DNA of 64,000 nt from Acidobacteriota bacterium (GTDB lineage: Bacteria > Acidobacteriota > UBA6911 > RPQK01 > JAJDTT01), in contig OZ253580.1 in the NCBI GenBank assembly GCA_965263035.1, positions 2,848,001 to 2,912,000 of the forward strand, given 5' to 3'. Below the pieces are notes generated by a model, which saw only the letters and a list, made by a program, of their open reading frames with translations, searched no databases and was not told where the DNA came from. Shown piece after piece: positions 17,627 to 31,616 of the stretch; the first letter of the stretch is position 1; every line of letters starts with the position of its first letter. Both the position numbers and the translations under genes were made by a program.

Positions 17627-18178
17627 TCAAATTTTCCGGGCGCCCACCAAGTGCAGAAACTCACTCCGGGACCGCTGATCATCCCTGAACTTGCCCAGCA
17701 TGGCGGAAGTCATGATCCGAGCTTGCCGCTTTTCGACCCCCCGCATCAACATGCACAAGTGCTGCGCCTCGACAACGACCGCTACGCCCTTGGGCCGAAT
17801 CTTGCTGTTGACGGTCTCGGCAATTTGTTGGGTGAGCCGTTCCTGGACTTGTAGGCGCCGCGCGAACATGTCCACGATTCTCGGAATCTTGCTGAGCCCG
17901 ATGACCCGGCCCGAAGGTAGGTATCCGACATGGCATCTGCCGAAGAAGGGGAGCAGATGATGTTCGCAAAGGCTATAGACCTCGATGTCTTTGACGATGA
18001 CCATTTCATCGTAATTCACCTTGAAATAGGCGCCGTTGAGCAACTCGTCCACATCCTGCGCGTATCCTCTGGTCAGGAAACGCATAGTGCGCCCCACCCT
18101 TTCAGGGGTGCCGACAAGCCCCTCCCGCTCGGGGTCCTCTCCGATCTCATGAAGCAACTGTCTGACCAACTCCTCCAC
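17627..18178 (-). CDS. folE: GTP cyclohydrolase I
   Basis: [47 protein letters not shown]; AGGAGG before GTG. Confidence 0.95.
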   Translation of the reverse strand: MEELVRQLLHEIGEDPEREGLVGTPERVGRTMRFLTRGYAQDVDELLNGAYFKVNYDEMVIVKDIEVYSLCEHHLLPFFGRCHVGYLPSGRVIGLSKIPRIVDMFARRLQVQERLTQQIAETVNSKIRPKGVAVVVEAQHLCMLMRGVEKRQARIMTSAMLGKFRDDQRSRSEFLHLVGARKI

Positions 18179-18230
18179 GGCCAACCTCCTGCTATTCCCG
18201 TTCCCCGAACTTCCGTCCTGGCAACCAGTA

Positions 18231-18572
18231 TCAACCCGGAGGCCAGCCCAGGTGTCGACCGCCCAAAACATGGGCGTGAATGTGAAACGCGCTCTGCCCG
18301 GCCGCGGCGCCGTTGTTCAGGACGACACGATAGCCCGAGGCCAACCCTTCATCGCGCGCTACCACCTTGGCGAGCAGCAACAGCCGGCCAAGCAGGACGG
18401 CGTCTTCCTCCGCCGCTTCGCCCAAAGAGCCAATGTGCTGCTTGGGAATCACCAGGATATGGGTGGGGGCCTGTGGGTTGATGTCTCGAAAAGCCATCGC
18501 CCATTCGTCCTCCGCCACCACAGCCGCGCGAAGTTCTCCGCTCACGATCCTGCAGAACAGGCAATCGCTCAT
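18231..18572 (-). CDS. histidine triad nucleotide-binding protein (HinT-like)
   Basis: [40 protein letters not shown]. Confidence 0.93.
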   Translation of the reverse strand: MSDCLFCRIVSGELRAAVVAEDEWAMAFRDINPQAPTHILVIPKQHIGSLGEAAEEDAVLLGRLLLLAKVVARDEGLASGYRVVLNNGAAAGQSAFHIHAHVLGGRHLGWPPG

Positions 18573-18573
18573 G

Positions 18574-19482
18574 CTACACCTCGCCTTGGTTCTCCCGGAC
18601 CAACACCAGACAACGTTCGATGCCCGCCAGATCCTTCCTGGTTTCCACGTCCCGCCAGCCCCAACGCCGCGCCAATCGGCCGACACGCTCCTTGGCGCCC
18701 GCGCCGATCTCCAGAACCAGAGGACCCGACGGCTCCAACACCGACGGACATCCCTCCAGCAACGCTTTGTACATCTCCATCCCGTCTCGGCCCGCAAAGA
18801 CGGCCTCGCAGGGCTCATAGGCGGCGACAGCCCGGTCGACACTCCCGCGGTCGGCGGTTGCCACGTAGGGGGGGTTCGCCACTACCAAGTCCCAACGGCC
18901 CGTCCACCCCGACTGCGCTGACAGGGCTCGCCCCTCCAGAAACTCGACCCGGGATTCGCAACCGTGGCGCACCGCGTTCTTCTTCGCCACCACCAGGGCA
19001 CGCTGCGATATGTCCGTGGCCGTTACCCGGACCCGCTGCCGTTCGGCGGCCAACGTCACCGCTATGGCCCCCGAACCCGTTCCCACGTCGAGCACTCTCG
19101 GATTGCGCTGGGCCATGCCGTCGAGCCATTCCAAACAGACATCCACCAAAAGTTCCGTCTCCGACCGCGGAATCAGCACTCCCGGCCCAACCGCGAAACT
19201 CCTTCCGTAGAACTCCTGATTCCCCAACAGATACTGGATCGGATAATGCGCTCCTCGCTTCTGGAGCCAGCTTGCCCATCTCGCGACCTGACCGGGGACC
19301 AATCGCAATTCGGGGTGCGCCAACAGGTACGCTCGAGGACGCCCCAGAATGGAACCAAGCATCAACTCCGCATCCAGACGAGGACAACGGAGACGATTTC
19401 GCTTGAGGTGCGAGGTTCCCTGCCGAACCGCCTCCGCCACCGTCAGCCCTGCCGGAATCCTGTCCAGATGCGATTCAAGCAA
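18574..19482 (-). CDS. prmC: release factor glutamine methyltransferase
   Basis: VLIPRSETE, LDVGTGSGAI, NPPY; follows prfA. Confidence 0.93.
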   Translation of the reverse strand: MLESHLDRIPAGLTVAEAVRQGTSHLKRNRLRCPRLDAELMLGSILGRPRAYLLAHPELRLVPGQVARWASWLQKRGAHYPIQYLLGNQEFYGRSFAVGPGVLIPRSETELLVDVCLEWLDGMAQRNPRVLDVGTGSGAIAVTLAAERQRVRVTATDISQRALVVAKKNAVRHGCESRVEFLEGRALSAQSGWTGRWDLVVANPPYVATADRGSVDRAVAAYEPCEAVFAGRDGMEMYKALLEGCPSVLEPSGPLVLEIGAGAKERVGRLARRWGWRDVETRKDLAGIERCLVLVRENQGEV

Positions 19483-20548
19483 TTTTCTCTGCTTTCAGCG
19501 CTTCAGCCTGATTGAAAGCGATCAGGGGATCGAGAACGTCGTCGAGCGCGCCCCCCAGCACGGCTTCCAACCGGTGAAACGAGACCCCGATCCTGTGGTC
19601 GGTGATGCGATTCTGGGGAAAGTTGTAGGTTCGGATCTTCTCGCTTCGATCGCCGCTGCCGACCAGGGCCCGGCGCGTTGCCGCCACCTCGTCGTGCCGT
19701 TCTCTGAGAGCCCGCTCGTACAACCGGGATCTCAACACTTTGAGCGCCTTGTTCTTGTTCTTGAGCTGCGACTTTTCGTCCTGGCAGGTTACAACCTCGC
19801 CGCTGGGAATGTGGGTGACACGCACCGCTGAGTAAGTCGTGTTCACCGACTGGCCACCGGGACCGGAGGAGCAGTAGGTGTCCCACCGCAGGTCCTTGGG
19901 ATGGATCTTGACATCGATGTCATCCGCTTCCGGCAAAACGGCAACCGTCACGGCGGAAGTGTGAACCCTTCCCTGAGTCTCCGTTTCCGGAACCCGTTGG
20001 ACGCGATGCACGCCGCCCTCGAATTTCAGCCGGCCGTAGACCTTTTTGCCTTCGATGGTGGCGCTTACCTCCTTCAGTCCGCCCGCATCGTTGGCATGCG
20101 CGGAGATGATGTCCACCCTCCACCCGTGCGACTCGGCATACCTTCCGTACATACGGAACATTTCCTGTGCGAACAGGCTGGCTTCGGTGCCCCCCGTGCC
20201 GGCCCGGATCTCCAGGATGGCATTCTTTCCGTCGTTCGGGTCCCGGGGCAGGAGCAAGACACGCAACTCCTCTTCCTGCTCGCAGACGCGAGCCTCGAGC
20301 AGCTTCAACTCGCCTCTTGCCAACTCCACCAACTCAGAGTCCGCCTCGGCCCGAGCCATCTCCCTGAGATCCTTCACCTCCCGCTGCGTTCGCCGGTGCT
20401 CCCTGTATTTTTCCACCAGTGGGCGCAACTCCGAATGTGTTTTCGCGACCTCCCGGAAACGATCTCGGGAGGCAACGACCTGAGGATCTCCCAATTGTCG
20501 GGAAACCTCCTCGTACGTTGCTTCCAGGGCCCGCAATTTCTCTAACAT
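19475..20548 (-). CDS. prfA: peptide chain release factor 1
   Basis: EIRAGTGG, VQRVPETE (PxT), GPGGQSVN, GDRSEKIRTYNFPQ. Confidence 0.97.
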   Translation of the reverse strand: MLEKLRALEATYEEVSRQLGDPQVVASRDRFREVAKTHSELRPLVEKYREHRRTQREVKDLREMARAEADSELVELARGELKLLEARVCEQEEELRVLLLPRDPNDGKNAILEIRAGTGGTEASLFAQEMFRMYGRYAESHGWRVDIISAHANDAGGLKEVSATIEGKKVYGRLKFEGGVHRVQRVPETETQGRVHTSAVTVAVLPEADDIDVKIHPKDLRWDTYCSSGPGGQSVNTTYSAVRVTHIPSGEVVTCQDEKSQLKNKNKALKVLRSRLYERALRERHDEVAATRRALVGSGDRSEKIRTYNFPQNRITDHRIGVSFHRLEAVLGGALDDVLDPLIAFNQAEALKAEKIA

Positions 20549-20677
20549 GACGGGGGCTGCCGGAGACTTGTCTCCCCAGCTCTGGGTCTGGGTTCCAAGG
20601 TCCCGCGACGGAAGTCGCCACGGCATTCGGGCGCAACACCGGCACCGGCGCGCCGCTGGGACCGCCGCCGCAGACTC

Positions 20678-20884
20678 CTATCGGATGAGGCCGTACTTCC
20701 TCTGGAACCGCTCGACGCGGCCTGCGGTGTCTATCAGCTTCTGCTTACCGGTGAAAAAGGGGTGACAACTGGAACAGATCTCGAGGCGCAGTTGGCCCGT
20801 GTGGGTGGATCGGGTCTCCCAACCCGCACCGCACGCACAGTGCACCGTGACCACACCGTAGTCGGGATGGATGCCTGCTTTCAT
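20678..20884 (-). CDS. rpmE: 50S ribosomal protein L31 (zinc-binding form)
   Basis: [32 protein letters not shown]. Confidence 0.96.
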   Translation of the reverse strand: MKAGIHPDYGVVTVHCACGAGWETRSTHTGQLRLEICSSCHPFFTGKQKLIDTAGRVERFQRKYGLIR

Positions 20885-21235
20885 CTCGGACCGTTCCCCT
20901 TTCTCGCTCGCCTTGCACGCAACCACCGCGGAGTTTAGCAAATCGGCGGCTTCGAGTCGAGCCCGGCCCCGCTGAGGGGCCGAGCGTCCCTGGGATCCCG
21001 GCGAGACCGAAACGGTCGCCGGGCGAGCCGCTTCTCACGCCTCGAACCTTCGGGCCGCGACCCTTGACAACACGGACGGACGACGGTACATGATCAACCT
21101 CACGCACCCGGGGCGGTTGCGGAAGGCGGACTGAATATCCTATCCTGAGTGCTCCCTCTTTGAGTATGTCAGCCGGTGAGGAGGGGGGAGTTTGCAGTTT
21201 GCCAGGGAAGATGACGACGGCCGGCAGGAGGAACA

Positions 21236-23029
21236 TTGCGGATGGCTCCAACTGGAACCGACAAAGGGCTTGAACGCCTGATTGCTGCGGGGCTCTCGAA
21301 CGTCGCGCTCCCCACCATCGAGATCGCCGACGACCTCGATCACGATGCGTTGGCGCAAGCGTACGATTCGAGCTTCAAGAACCTTTCCGAGGGTGAGGTG
21401 ATCCCCGGAACGGTCATCGAGGTCACCGATTCTCATGTTCTGATCGATATTGGATTCAAGTCCGAAGGCCGGGTTCCCATCAGCGAGTTCCGCGAGCGGG
21501 GCGGTGTCATCAACGTCAAGCCCGGCGATACCGTAGACGTTCTGATGGAGAATTCGGAGACGTTGGACGGCGGGGTGATTCTCTCTCGCGAGAAGGCCGA
21601 GAGAATGAAGATCTGGGATAGCATCGAGCGCGCCTACCAGGAACAGGCGGTGATCCCGGGGCGCGTCATCGAGCGGGTGAAGGGGGGTCTTTCCGTCGAT
21701 ATTGGCGTTCGTGCCTTCCTGCCGGGATCCCAGGTCGACATGCATCCGGTTCGTAATTTGGACAGCTTGCGCGACCAGGAACTCCAACTCCGGGTGATCA
21801 AGGTAAACAAGCGCCGCGGTAACATTGTCCTATCGCGAAAGGCTGTCCTGGAGGAGGAATACTTCAAGCGCAAGAAGGAAACTCTCCAGAGCCTGGAAGA
21901 GGGGAAGGTCACGCCGGGCATCGTGAAGAACATCACCGATTACGGCGCCTTTGTCGACCTGGGTGGTATCGACGGCCTGCTGCACATCACCGACATGTCC
22001 TGGGGCCGGGTCAACCACCCGTCCGACCTCTTCAAGGTAGGTGACAAGATCGACGTCAAGATTCTCAAATTCGACAGAATCGACGAGAAAGTCTCCCTCG
22101 GATACAAGCAACTCACTGCTGATCCCTGGTACACCGTGGCCCAGCGATACCCACGTGGCTCCCGTGTCCCCTCCGTGGTCGTCAGCATTACCGATTACGG
22201 CGCCTTCGTCGAACTCGAGGAGGGTGTCGAGGGGCTCATCCACATCTCCGAGATGACTTGGAACCGCCGGATCAAGCATCCGTCCAAGATCCTCTCCATC
22301 CGAGACGAGGTCCAAGCCGTCGTCCTCGATGTCGACGCCAAGGCCAGGCGCATCTCCATGGGCATAAAACAGACCGAACCGAATCCCTGGGATTCGGTTG
22401 AGGAGCGCTACGCCATCAACTCCGTCATCAACGGCATCGTCCGGAATCTGACCGATTTCGGCGCCTTTGTCGAGGTGGAGGAGGGAATCGAGGGCCTGGT
22501 CCATATCTCCGACCTGAGCTGGACGAAAAAGATCAAGCATCCATCGGATGTTCTAAAGAAAGGGGATGAGGTCACCGCCGTGGTTCTGAGTGTCGACGGC
22601 GAAAACCAGCGCCTGTCGCTTGGGATCAAGCAACTGGGACCCGACAAGTGGGAGGATTTTTTCTCCCGGCACCAGGTCGGCGATCGCTTGCTGGGCAAGG
22701 TTGTCCGGCTGACCTCCTTTGGCGCGTTCGTGGAGCTGGAGGAGGGCGTGGAAGGTCTCTGCCACATCTCCGAGCTGTCCGAGGATCGAGTCGAGGATCC
22801 CACATCCCACGTCTCGGTAGGCCAGGAACTCGATTTCGAGATCATCAAGCTCAACCTCCTCGAGCGGAAAATCGGGCTTTCCCTGAAGGCCCTGGTCGAG
22901 CGGAGCAACCGGGAAACCTGGTCCTACCGTCCGGAAGTGGGCAAGACCTCCATTGGAGAATTGGCGGGTGGCCAACTGGGCGGCCTCAAGCAGCGGGCCA
23001 TCGACGCAACGAGCACCAAGAATGACTAA
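21236..23029 (+). CDS. rpsA: 30S ribosomal protein S1
   Basis: repeated S1 domains (DYGAFVDLGGIDGLLHITDMSW etc.); exact start uncertain. Confidence 0.97.
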   Translation: MRMAPTGTDKGLERLIAAGLSNVALPTIEIADDLDHDALAQAYDSSFKNLSEGEVIPGTVIEVTDSHVLIDIGFKSEGRVPISEFRERGGVINVKPGDTVDVLMENSETLDGGVILSREKAERMKIWDSIERAYQEQAVIPGRVIERVKGGLSVDIGVRAFLPGSQVDMHPVRNLDSLRDQELQLRVIKVNKRRGNIVLSRKAVLEEEYFKRKKETLQSLEEGKVTPGIVKNITDYGAFVDLGGIDGLLHITDMSWGRVNHPSDLFKVGDKIDVKILKFDRIDEKVSLGYKQLTADPWYTVAQRYPRGSRVPSVVVSITDYGAFVELEEGVEGLIHISEMTWNRRIKHPSKILSIRDEVQAVVLDVDAKARRISMGIKQTEPNPWDSVEERYAINSVINGIVRNLTDFGAFVEVEEGIEGLVHISDLSWTKKIKHPSDVLKKGDEVTAVVLSVDGENQRLSLGIKQLGPDKWEDFFSRHQVGDRLLGKVVRLTSFGAFVELEEGVEGLCHISELSEDRVEDPTSHVSVGQELDFEIIKLNLLERKIGLSLKALVERSNRETWSYRPEVGKTSIGELAGGQLGGLKQRAIDATSTKND

Positions 23030-23297
23030 AGCCCAGCTGGTTGAGCGCGTTGCCGGTGGCTCAAGCCTCACCAGAAAGGAAGCCGAGGTCGTCGTCCAGG
23101 CCGTCCTTGACAGCATCGTCCAATCTCTGAAAGGCGGCACCAAGGTCGAGTTGCGAGGCTTCGGCAGCTTCCGGCTACGCAACCGTGCGGCACGCATCGG
23201 GCGCAATCCCAAGACCGGTGCCATGGTCCACGTTCCCGCCAAGCGGGTCCCCTATTTCAAGCCGGGCAAGGACCTGAAAGAGTTGATCAACTCCTAA
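23022..23297 (+). CDS. ihfB: integration host factor beta / HU family protein
   Basis: MTKAQLV, VELRGFGSF, GRNPKTG, PYFKPGKDLKE; follows rpsA. Confidence 0.85.
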   Translation: MTKAQLVERVAGGSSLTRKEAEVVVQAVLDSIVQSLKGGTKVELRGFGSFRLRNRAARIGRNPKTGAMVHVPAKRVPYFKPGKDLKELINS

Positions 23298-23748
23298 ACA
23301 ACGACAACGCCGGCAAGTCGTCACCCGCCACCGGAATACTCCAATGCGGCCAACTTCTCGCCGGTGCGGTGTCGGCAGGAGTCGAATCAGCGACCGGGAA
23401 AACACCCAAAACGTCAAAAAACGCCCAACCGCCGCTCCTCGCGAAACGCAAGCGGACCCAAATTTAACTAAATCTTCATAAAACCCTTGCGGGCACTGAA
23501 AAAAGGGCATTCCCTGTCACACAACCTTACTGAACAGCTCGTTTTTGTTCCGTAAGTTATTGGATCAAAAAGGATTTCTAATCACCAGATGGGCTCGTCC
23601 CGGGACCACGAAAGAATCTTCTTTCTCCTCTGAGACGCTCTGTGCTACCTTGTTTCGCACCGGGACCGTAGATGATCGCGGGCGTAGCGCCGCTTGCCCG
23701 TTTCTGCATTTCAAAGTCCACAGAAGTTTCGGTAGAGAGTGGTGAGTT

Positions 23749-25074
23749 TTGGATTTATGGAGCGACATCGTAGCTTCCCTCAAAGCTGCGGGGCAGATCT
23801 CACCCGAGAATCTGGCCGTCTATTTCCAGGCCACCTCGCAAGTTCACTACGACCATATCTCACGGCAACTCGTGGTCCGGGTTCCCAACCGCCGCTTCAG
23901 CAGGTGGATCTCCCACCAATACGGCGATCTCCTAAAAGCGAAGATGGGAGAGATGGGGTTTCCAAATGCGGAAATTGTTTTCCAGGTAGATCTGGACGAA
24001 CCCAAATCAAGCCTGATCTCGTCGCCTCATCTGCTGGGCTCCTACATCGGCGCGGCCGAGTGCAACCTGAACCAACGTTACACGTTTGCCAACTTCGTCG
24101 TCGGGTCGAGCAACCAATTCGCCCACGCCGCCGCGCTGGCAGTCGCGGAACGTCCTTCCAGGAGCTACAACCCTCTCTTTCTCTACGGCGGCGTCGGGCT
24201 GGGCAAAACTCACCTCATGCACGCTATCGGACACTCGATCAAGATTGAATTGCCCACTGTAACTCTGGCCTACGTCCCCTCGGAACGCTTCACCAACGAC
24301 CTCGTCAACTCCATCCGTTACGACCGGACCGCCGGTTTTCGACAGAAATACCGGAACATCGACGTGCTGCTGATGGACGACGTCCAGTTCCTCGCCGGCA
24401 AGGAAAAGACTCAAGAGGAATTCTTCCACACCTTCAACAGCCTGTACGACGCCCAAAAGCAGATCGTCATCTCCAGCGATTCCCCGCCTCACGAAATCCC
24501 GACCCTGGAGGAGCGTCTACACAGTCGCTTCCAGTGGGGCTTGATTGCAGACATACAAGCCCCGGACCTGGAAACCAAGGTAGCCATTCTTCGGAAGAAA
24601 GCAGCCTTGCAACGAGTGGAACTCCCGGATGACGTTGCTTTCTTCATCTCAAGCAACACCAAGTCCAACATCCGCCAACTCGAAGGATCCCTCATTCGTC
24701 TCATCGCCTACAGTAGTCTGATCGGCGAGGAGATCACCCTCGACCTGGCCCAATCCACCCTCAAGGATCTCGCCGAGTCCGCCCAGCGAGTGATCACCAT
24801 CGGTGAAATTCAACGGGTCGTCGCCCAACACTACTCCCTGACGCTGTCCCAGCTCATGAGTCGGAGCAACTCCCCGAGAATTGTGGTTCCGAGACAGATC
24901 GCCATGTACCTCTGCAAGGAGTTGACCCAGGCCTCTCTACCTCAGACCGGCCGCGCCTTCGGAAACAGGCATCACACGACCGTGCTTCACGCTGTCCGGA
25001 AGATCTCTCGGCTCATCAAGCATGACCCGCTCATGCGTTCCACCGTCAACAAGCTGACCGACGAAGTTTCATGA
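23749..25074 (+). CDS. dnaA: chromosomal replication initiator DnaA
   Basis: YNPLFLYGGVGLGKTHL, DDVQFLAGKEKTQEEFFHTFN, RQIAMYL, HTTVLHA. Confidence 0.97.
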   Translation: MDLWSDIVASLKAAGQISPENLAVYFQATSQVHYDHISRQLVVRVPNRRFSRWISHQYGDLLKAKMGEMGFPNAEIVFQVDLDEPKSSLISSPHLLGSYIGAAECNLNQRYTFANFVVGSSNQFAHAAALAVAERPSRSYNPLFLYGGVGLGKTHLMHAIGHSIKIELPTVTLAYVPSERFTNDLVNSIRYDRTAGFRQKYRNIDVLLMDDVQFLAGKEKTQEEFFHTFNSLYDAQKQIVISSDSPPHEIPTLEERLHSRFQWGLIADIQAPDLETKVAILRKKAALQRVELPDDVAFFISSNTKSNIRQLEGSLIRLIAYSSLIGEEITLDLAQSTLKDLAESAQRVITIGEIQRVVAQHYSLTLSQLMSRSNSPRIVVPRQIAMYLCKELTQASLPQTGRAFGNRHHTTVLHAVRKISRLIKHDPLMRSTVNKLTDEVS

Positions 25075-25302
25075 CGTTTTCCCGCTTTTCCACCGGTGGT
25101 AGAATGTAATGGCTGTGGAAAAGGCCGGCGGGGCTCACACTTGGCCTTTTTCCACCTCGTGTCATGAGCCGAATTCACAACTGGAGAGTAACTATATCCG
25201 CTTGAAAACAAACGTTTCTTTCAACTCTTCCACAGTCTGCACAACCTCTACGACGACGATTAGATATACATTTTCTCTTGTGACCCGGAGACGGAGAACA
25301 CC
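25075..25302. other. probable oriC (dnaA-dnaN intergenic): DnaA boxes plus DnaA-trio-like unwinding element
   Basis: TTTTCCACA on - strand 25114-25122, TTTTCCACC twice, tandem TCTTCCACA/GTCTGCACA 25226-25243, then CTA CGA CGA CGA TTA and an AT-rich run. Confidence 0.75.
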
Positions 25303-26442
25303 ATGGACATAACTTTGAAGCGGGAGCATTTGTTCCCCGAGGTCCAACACCTTCAGACCATCGTCGAAAGAAAAACGACGGTGCCCATCCTTGGGCATGT
25401 ACTTCTTGAGACTATCGGGAACAATATCCTCCTGACAGCCACCGACCTGGATGTATCCCTGCGTTGCCGCTGTGAAGCTCAAGTGCGGGTGAGCGGCACC
25501 TTTACCATTTCAGCGAGAAAACTCTTCGAGATCGTCCGCTTGGCCCCCCAAGATTCCGCCATTCACATTAAATCCATAGACGAGGGGGATTGGGTCGAGA
25601 TCAGCTACGGCCGATCCCGGTTCAAGGTGGCTGCTTTGGGGAAGGAAAACTTTCCCGAGATCGGCGAGGCGGAAGGTCAGATCATTCGCATGGACGCGGC
25701 CATGGTTCGGCGTATGATCGGAAGTTGCGTCTTCGCCATCACCCAGGAGGAGAGCCGGTATACTCTAAGTGGTGCGTTGGCCGTGATTACTCCTTCGGAT
25801 TTGTCCCTGGTCACCACGGATGGGCATCGTCTGGTCATTGTCCAACGGGATGTGGAGATGGGTATCGACCAGGAGGAGCTTCGAGTTCTGATTCCCAAGA
25901 AAGCACTTGTCGAAATGATGAAGTTGCTGGGTGAAACCGACGGGGATATCGAATTCCGGAGTGGAGAAAGAAGGATCTCGTTTCGAATGGGCCGACGGCT
26001 CTTGATCTCACGCATGCTCAGCGGCGAGTTTCCAAACTACAAGATGGTCATACCGCAAGGGAACGATCTGGACGCGCAGTTGGGCACCTTGGGCTTCACA
26101 GCGGCCTTGAGGCGGGTCGCGGTCGTAGCGGATCGGGAGACACGGTCGGTCGAGCTGAGCCTGAACGAGGGACAGGTCAAGCTGGCGTGCCAAAATGCGA
26201 ATGGGGAGCGGGCCGCCGAAGCGATGGAGACGAGCTACAAGGGGACACCGATCGTGATCGGTTTCAACGTGGATTATCTACTTGACTTCGTCAACGTCGT
26301 CGACAGCGGGCAGGTGCGCATCTCGCTCAAAGACTCGGATACTCAGGGGTTGCTCCAACCCATCAGTGCGCCCGATGCAGACGACTCCGAAGCGGGCGGC
26401 GAATACAAGATTCACTATGTCGTCATGCCTCTGAGCCTCTGA
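25303..26442 (+). CDS. dnaN: DNA polymerase III beta clamp
   Basis: TVPILGHVLL, ATDLD, ESRYTLSG, TTDGHRL, GEFPNY, IGFN, YVVMPL. Confidence 0.95.
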   Translation: MDITLKREHLFPEVQHLQTIVERKTTVPILGHVLLETIGNNILLTATDLDVSLRCRCEAQVRVSGTFTISARKLFEIVRLAPQDSAIHIKSIDEGDWVEISYGRSRFKVAALGKENFPEIGEAEGQIIRMDAAMVRRMIGSCVFAITQEESRYTLSGALAVITPSDLSLVTTDGHRLVIVQRDVEMGIDQEELRVLIPKKALVEMMKLLGETDGDIEFRSGERRISFRMGRRLLISRMLSGEFPNYKMVIPQGNDLDAQLGTLGFTAALRRVAVVADRETRSVELSLNEGQVKLACQNANGERAAEAMETSYKGTPIVIGFNVDYLLDFVNVVDSGQVRISLKDSDTQGLLQPISAPDADDSEAGGEYKIHYVVMPLSL

Positions 26443-26452
26443 GCCTCTGAGC
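26427..26452 (+). repeat. three tandem copies of GCCTCTGA spanning the dnaN stop
   Basis: GCCTCTGA GCCTCTGA GCCTCTGA GC read directly. Confidence 0.9.
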
Positions 26453-26489
26453 TGTACCGTTCCGTCTGCGACACATGCACCGGGTATAA

Positions 26490-29015
<2,526 letters not shown>

Positions 29016-29153
29016 GCGCTCGCGATCGAGATCGTCGCGGCCGGTTTCCTGGCGTTTCTACCGTGACCCCGGCGCCGCACCTCTCCCCAGTCGGGCGCCG
29101 CCTCGCCCGCGGCTCGTGATTTTTCGAATGGCTAGGATCGGAGGAACAAGTCG

Positions 29154-31616
29154 ATGAGAGAGTACCAGGGCCGGGAGATCCCGGTGACCATCGAAGCGGA
29201 GATGAAGACCTCCTACCTGGACTACGCCATGTCGGTCATCGTGGGGCGGGCCCTGCCGGATGTCCGAGACGGGTTGAAGCCGGTTCATCGGCGCATCCTC
29301 TACGCCATGAGTGAGATGAACAACACCAGGAGGAGGCCCCACAAGAAGTCGGCGCGGGTCGTGGGCGAGGTCATCGGAAAGTATCATCCCCACGGCGATG
29401 TGGCGGTCTACGATGCGCTGGTCCGAATGGCTCAGGACTTTTCCATGCGGGAGATGCTGATCGACGGACAGGGGAACTTCGGATCCATCGACGGAGACTC
29501 GCCGGCAGCCATGCGGTACACCGAGGTCCGAATGGCGCAAATCGCCGGTGAGATCCTGGCGGACATCGAGAAGGAGACGGTCGATTTTCAGGCCAACTAC
29601 GACGAGTCACTGCAGGAGCCGACCGTTTTGCCGGCTCGAATTCCCAATCTCTTGATCAACGGGGCCTCCGGGATTGCCGTGGGGATGGCGACCAATGTGC
29701 CTCCCCACAACCTCAGTGAGGTCATCGACGGCCTTTTGCTCCTGCTCGATCGACCGGATGCGACATTGTCGGAGCTTATGCAGTTGATTCGGGGACCGGA
29801 TTTTCCCACCGCGGGCATCATCTACGGGCGCAAGGCCATCCACAGTGCGTACGCTACGGGCCGCGGCATCATCCAGCTGCGGGCCAAGGCCGCCATCGAG
29901 AAGATCAGAAAAGACAAGGAGGCCATCATCATCGATGAGCTCCCGTATCAGGTCAACAAAGCCAAGCTCATCGAGACGATTGCAGCGCTCGTTCGCAGCA
30001 AGAGAATCGATGGGATCAGCGACTTGAGAGACGAGTCCGATCGGGACGGGATGCGGGTCGTCATCGAGCTGAAACGAGGCGAGCAGCCACAGGTGGTCCT
30101 GAACCAGCTCTACAAACTGACGCCGATGCAGAATTCGTTCGGGATTATTCTGCTGGCCCTGACGGCCGGCCGGCCGCGCGTCCTGACCCTCAAGGAAATG
30201 CTGAACCATTTCCTTGCACACCGCAGGATCGTCGTTCGGCGGCGCACACAGTTCGACCTGAAGAAGGCCGAAAAGCGGGCACACATCCTGGAGGGCCTTG
30301 CCAAGGCGCTGAATCACCTGGATCTGGTGATCGCCCTGATCCGAGGTTCGAGGACGCCGGCGGAGGCCAAGACACAGTTGATCCAGCGCCTTGAGTTCAC
30401 CGAAATCCAGGCTCAGGCCATACTTGAAATGCGGCTGCAGCGCCTCACAGGCCTGGAACGGGACAAGATCGTGGAGGAACTGGAGCGGATTCGGGACCGG
30501 ATCGTCCAGCTGCGGAAGATTCTCACCAGCGGGGCCGAACTCAGGCGGGTGATCCGCGACGAACTCATGGAGATTCAGGACAGGTACCATTCGCCGCGCC
30601 GCACGGTGATCCTGGACGAGGCGATCGACCTGACGATCGAGGACCTCATCGCCGAGGAGCAAGTGGTCATCACAGCCACGCACGGTGGCTACATCAAGCG
30701 GACGGCCCTTCACATCTACCGTAGTCAGCATCGCGGAGGCAAGGGCCGGATCGGAATGTCCACGCGCACGGTCGTTGACGTCCTCGACTATCTTTTTGTC
30801 GCCTCCACGCACAGTTACATCCTCATCTTCACGAACCAGGGGAGAGTCTATTGGCTGAAAGTTTATGAGATTCCCGATGTGGGGGCCGCCGGCAAGGGGA
30901 AGCCGATCGTCAATTTGGTCAAGTTGGAGCGGGGCGAGAAGGTCGCGGATATGATCGCCGTGCAGGACTTCAAGACGCCCGGGTTCATCATCATGGCGTC
31001 GCGCCGAGGACGAGTGAAGAAGACGGCATTGACGGCGTACTCCAGACCGAGAGCAAAGGGGATCATCGCATGTTCGGTGGAGCGGGGGGATGAGCTGATC
31101 GTGGTGAGCCGAACCAGCGGCCAGGACGACATTCTTCTCTGCACCGCCGACGGTCAGGCCGCGCGCTTCGCGGAAGATCAGGTTCGGGAGATGGGACGCG
31201 TCGCGCGGGGAGTACGGGGCATCCGGCTCAGGCCAGGCGACTCAGTAGTCAGCATGGGCGTCATCCAAAGGGACCATGAGAGTATTCTGGCGGTGACCGA
31301 GAGAGGGTTCGGAAAACGAACCCCCGAGACGGAGTACCCGCGCAAGGGCCGCGCCTGTCTGGGCGTGATCAACATCAAGACCACCGCCCGCAATGGCAAG
31401 GTCGTTACCACCTTCCCAGTGGGACGCGGGGCGGAGTTGATCATCATTACCGAAAAAGGCAAGATCATTCGCCTGGAGGCGGACACCATCCGGCTGACGA
31501 CGACCCGCGCCGCTCTGGGCGTGAAGCTGATGGATTTGGGGGACGGAGACACAGTGGCCGATGTGAGCCTGGTGGCCGACGGGGCCGACGGATTGGAATC
31601 GGAGGCTTCGGAATGA
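29154..31616 (+). CDS. gyrA: DNA gyrase subunit A
   Basis: [28 protein letters not shown], GyrA box QHRGGKG. Confidence 0.97.
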   Translation: MREYQGREIPVTIEAEMKTSYLDYAMSVIVGRALPDVRDGLKPVHRRILYAMSEMNNTRRRPHKKSARVVGEVIGKYHPHGDVAVYDALVRMAQDFSMREMLIDGQGNFGSIDGDSPAAMRYTEVRMAQIAGEILADIEKETVDFQANYDESLQEPTVLPARIPNLLINGASGIAVGMATNVPPHNLSEVIDGLLLLLDRPDATLSELMQLIRGPDFPTAGIIYGRKAIHSAYATGRGIIQLRAKAAIEKIRKDKEAIIIDELPYQVNKAKLIETIAALVRSKRIDGISDLRDESDRDGMRVVIELKRGEQPQVVLNQLYKLTPMQNSFGIILLALTAGRPRVLTLKEMLNHFLAHRRIVVRRRTQFDLKKAEKRAHILEGLAKALNHLDLVIALIRGSRTPAEAKTQLIQRLEFTEIQAQAILEMRLQRLTGLERDKIVEELERIRDRIVQLRKILTSGAELRRVIRDELMEIQDRYHSPRRTVILDEAIDLTIEDLIAEEQVVITATHGGYIKRTALHIYRSQHRGGKGRIGMSTRTVVDVLDYLFVASTHSYILIFTNQGRVYWLKVYEIPDVGAAGKGKPIVNLVKLERGEKVADMIAVQDFKTPGFIIMASRRGRVKKTALTAYSRPRAKGIIACSVERGDELIVVSRTSGQDDILLCTADGQAARFAEDQVREMGRVARGVRGIRLRPGDSVVSMGVIQRDHESILAVTERGFGKRTPETEYPRKGRACLGVINIKTTARNGKVVTTFPVGRGAELIIITEKGKIIRLEADTIRLTTTRAALGVKLMDLGDGDTVADVSLVADGADGLESEASE

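Noticed and set aside
20942-21235. Possible ncRNA or riboswitch upstream of rpsA
   Set aside because: A TTGACA and GC-rich hairpins are present but no family consensus was recognised; probably promoter and leader. An Rfam scan would settle it.
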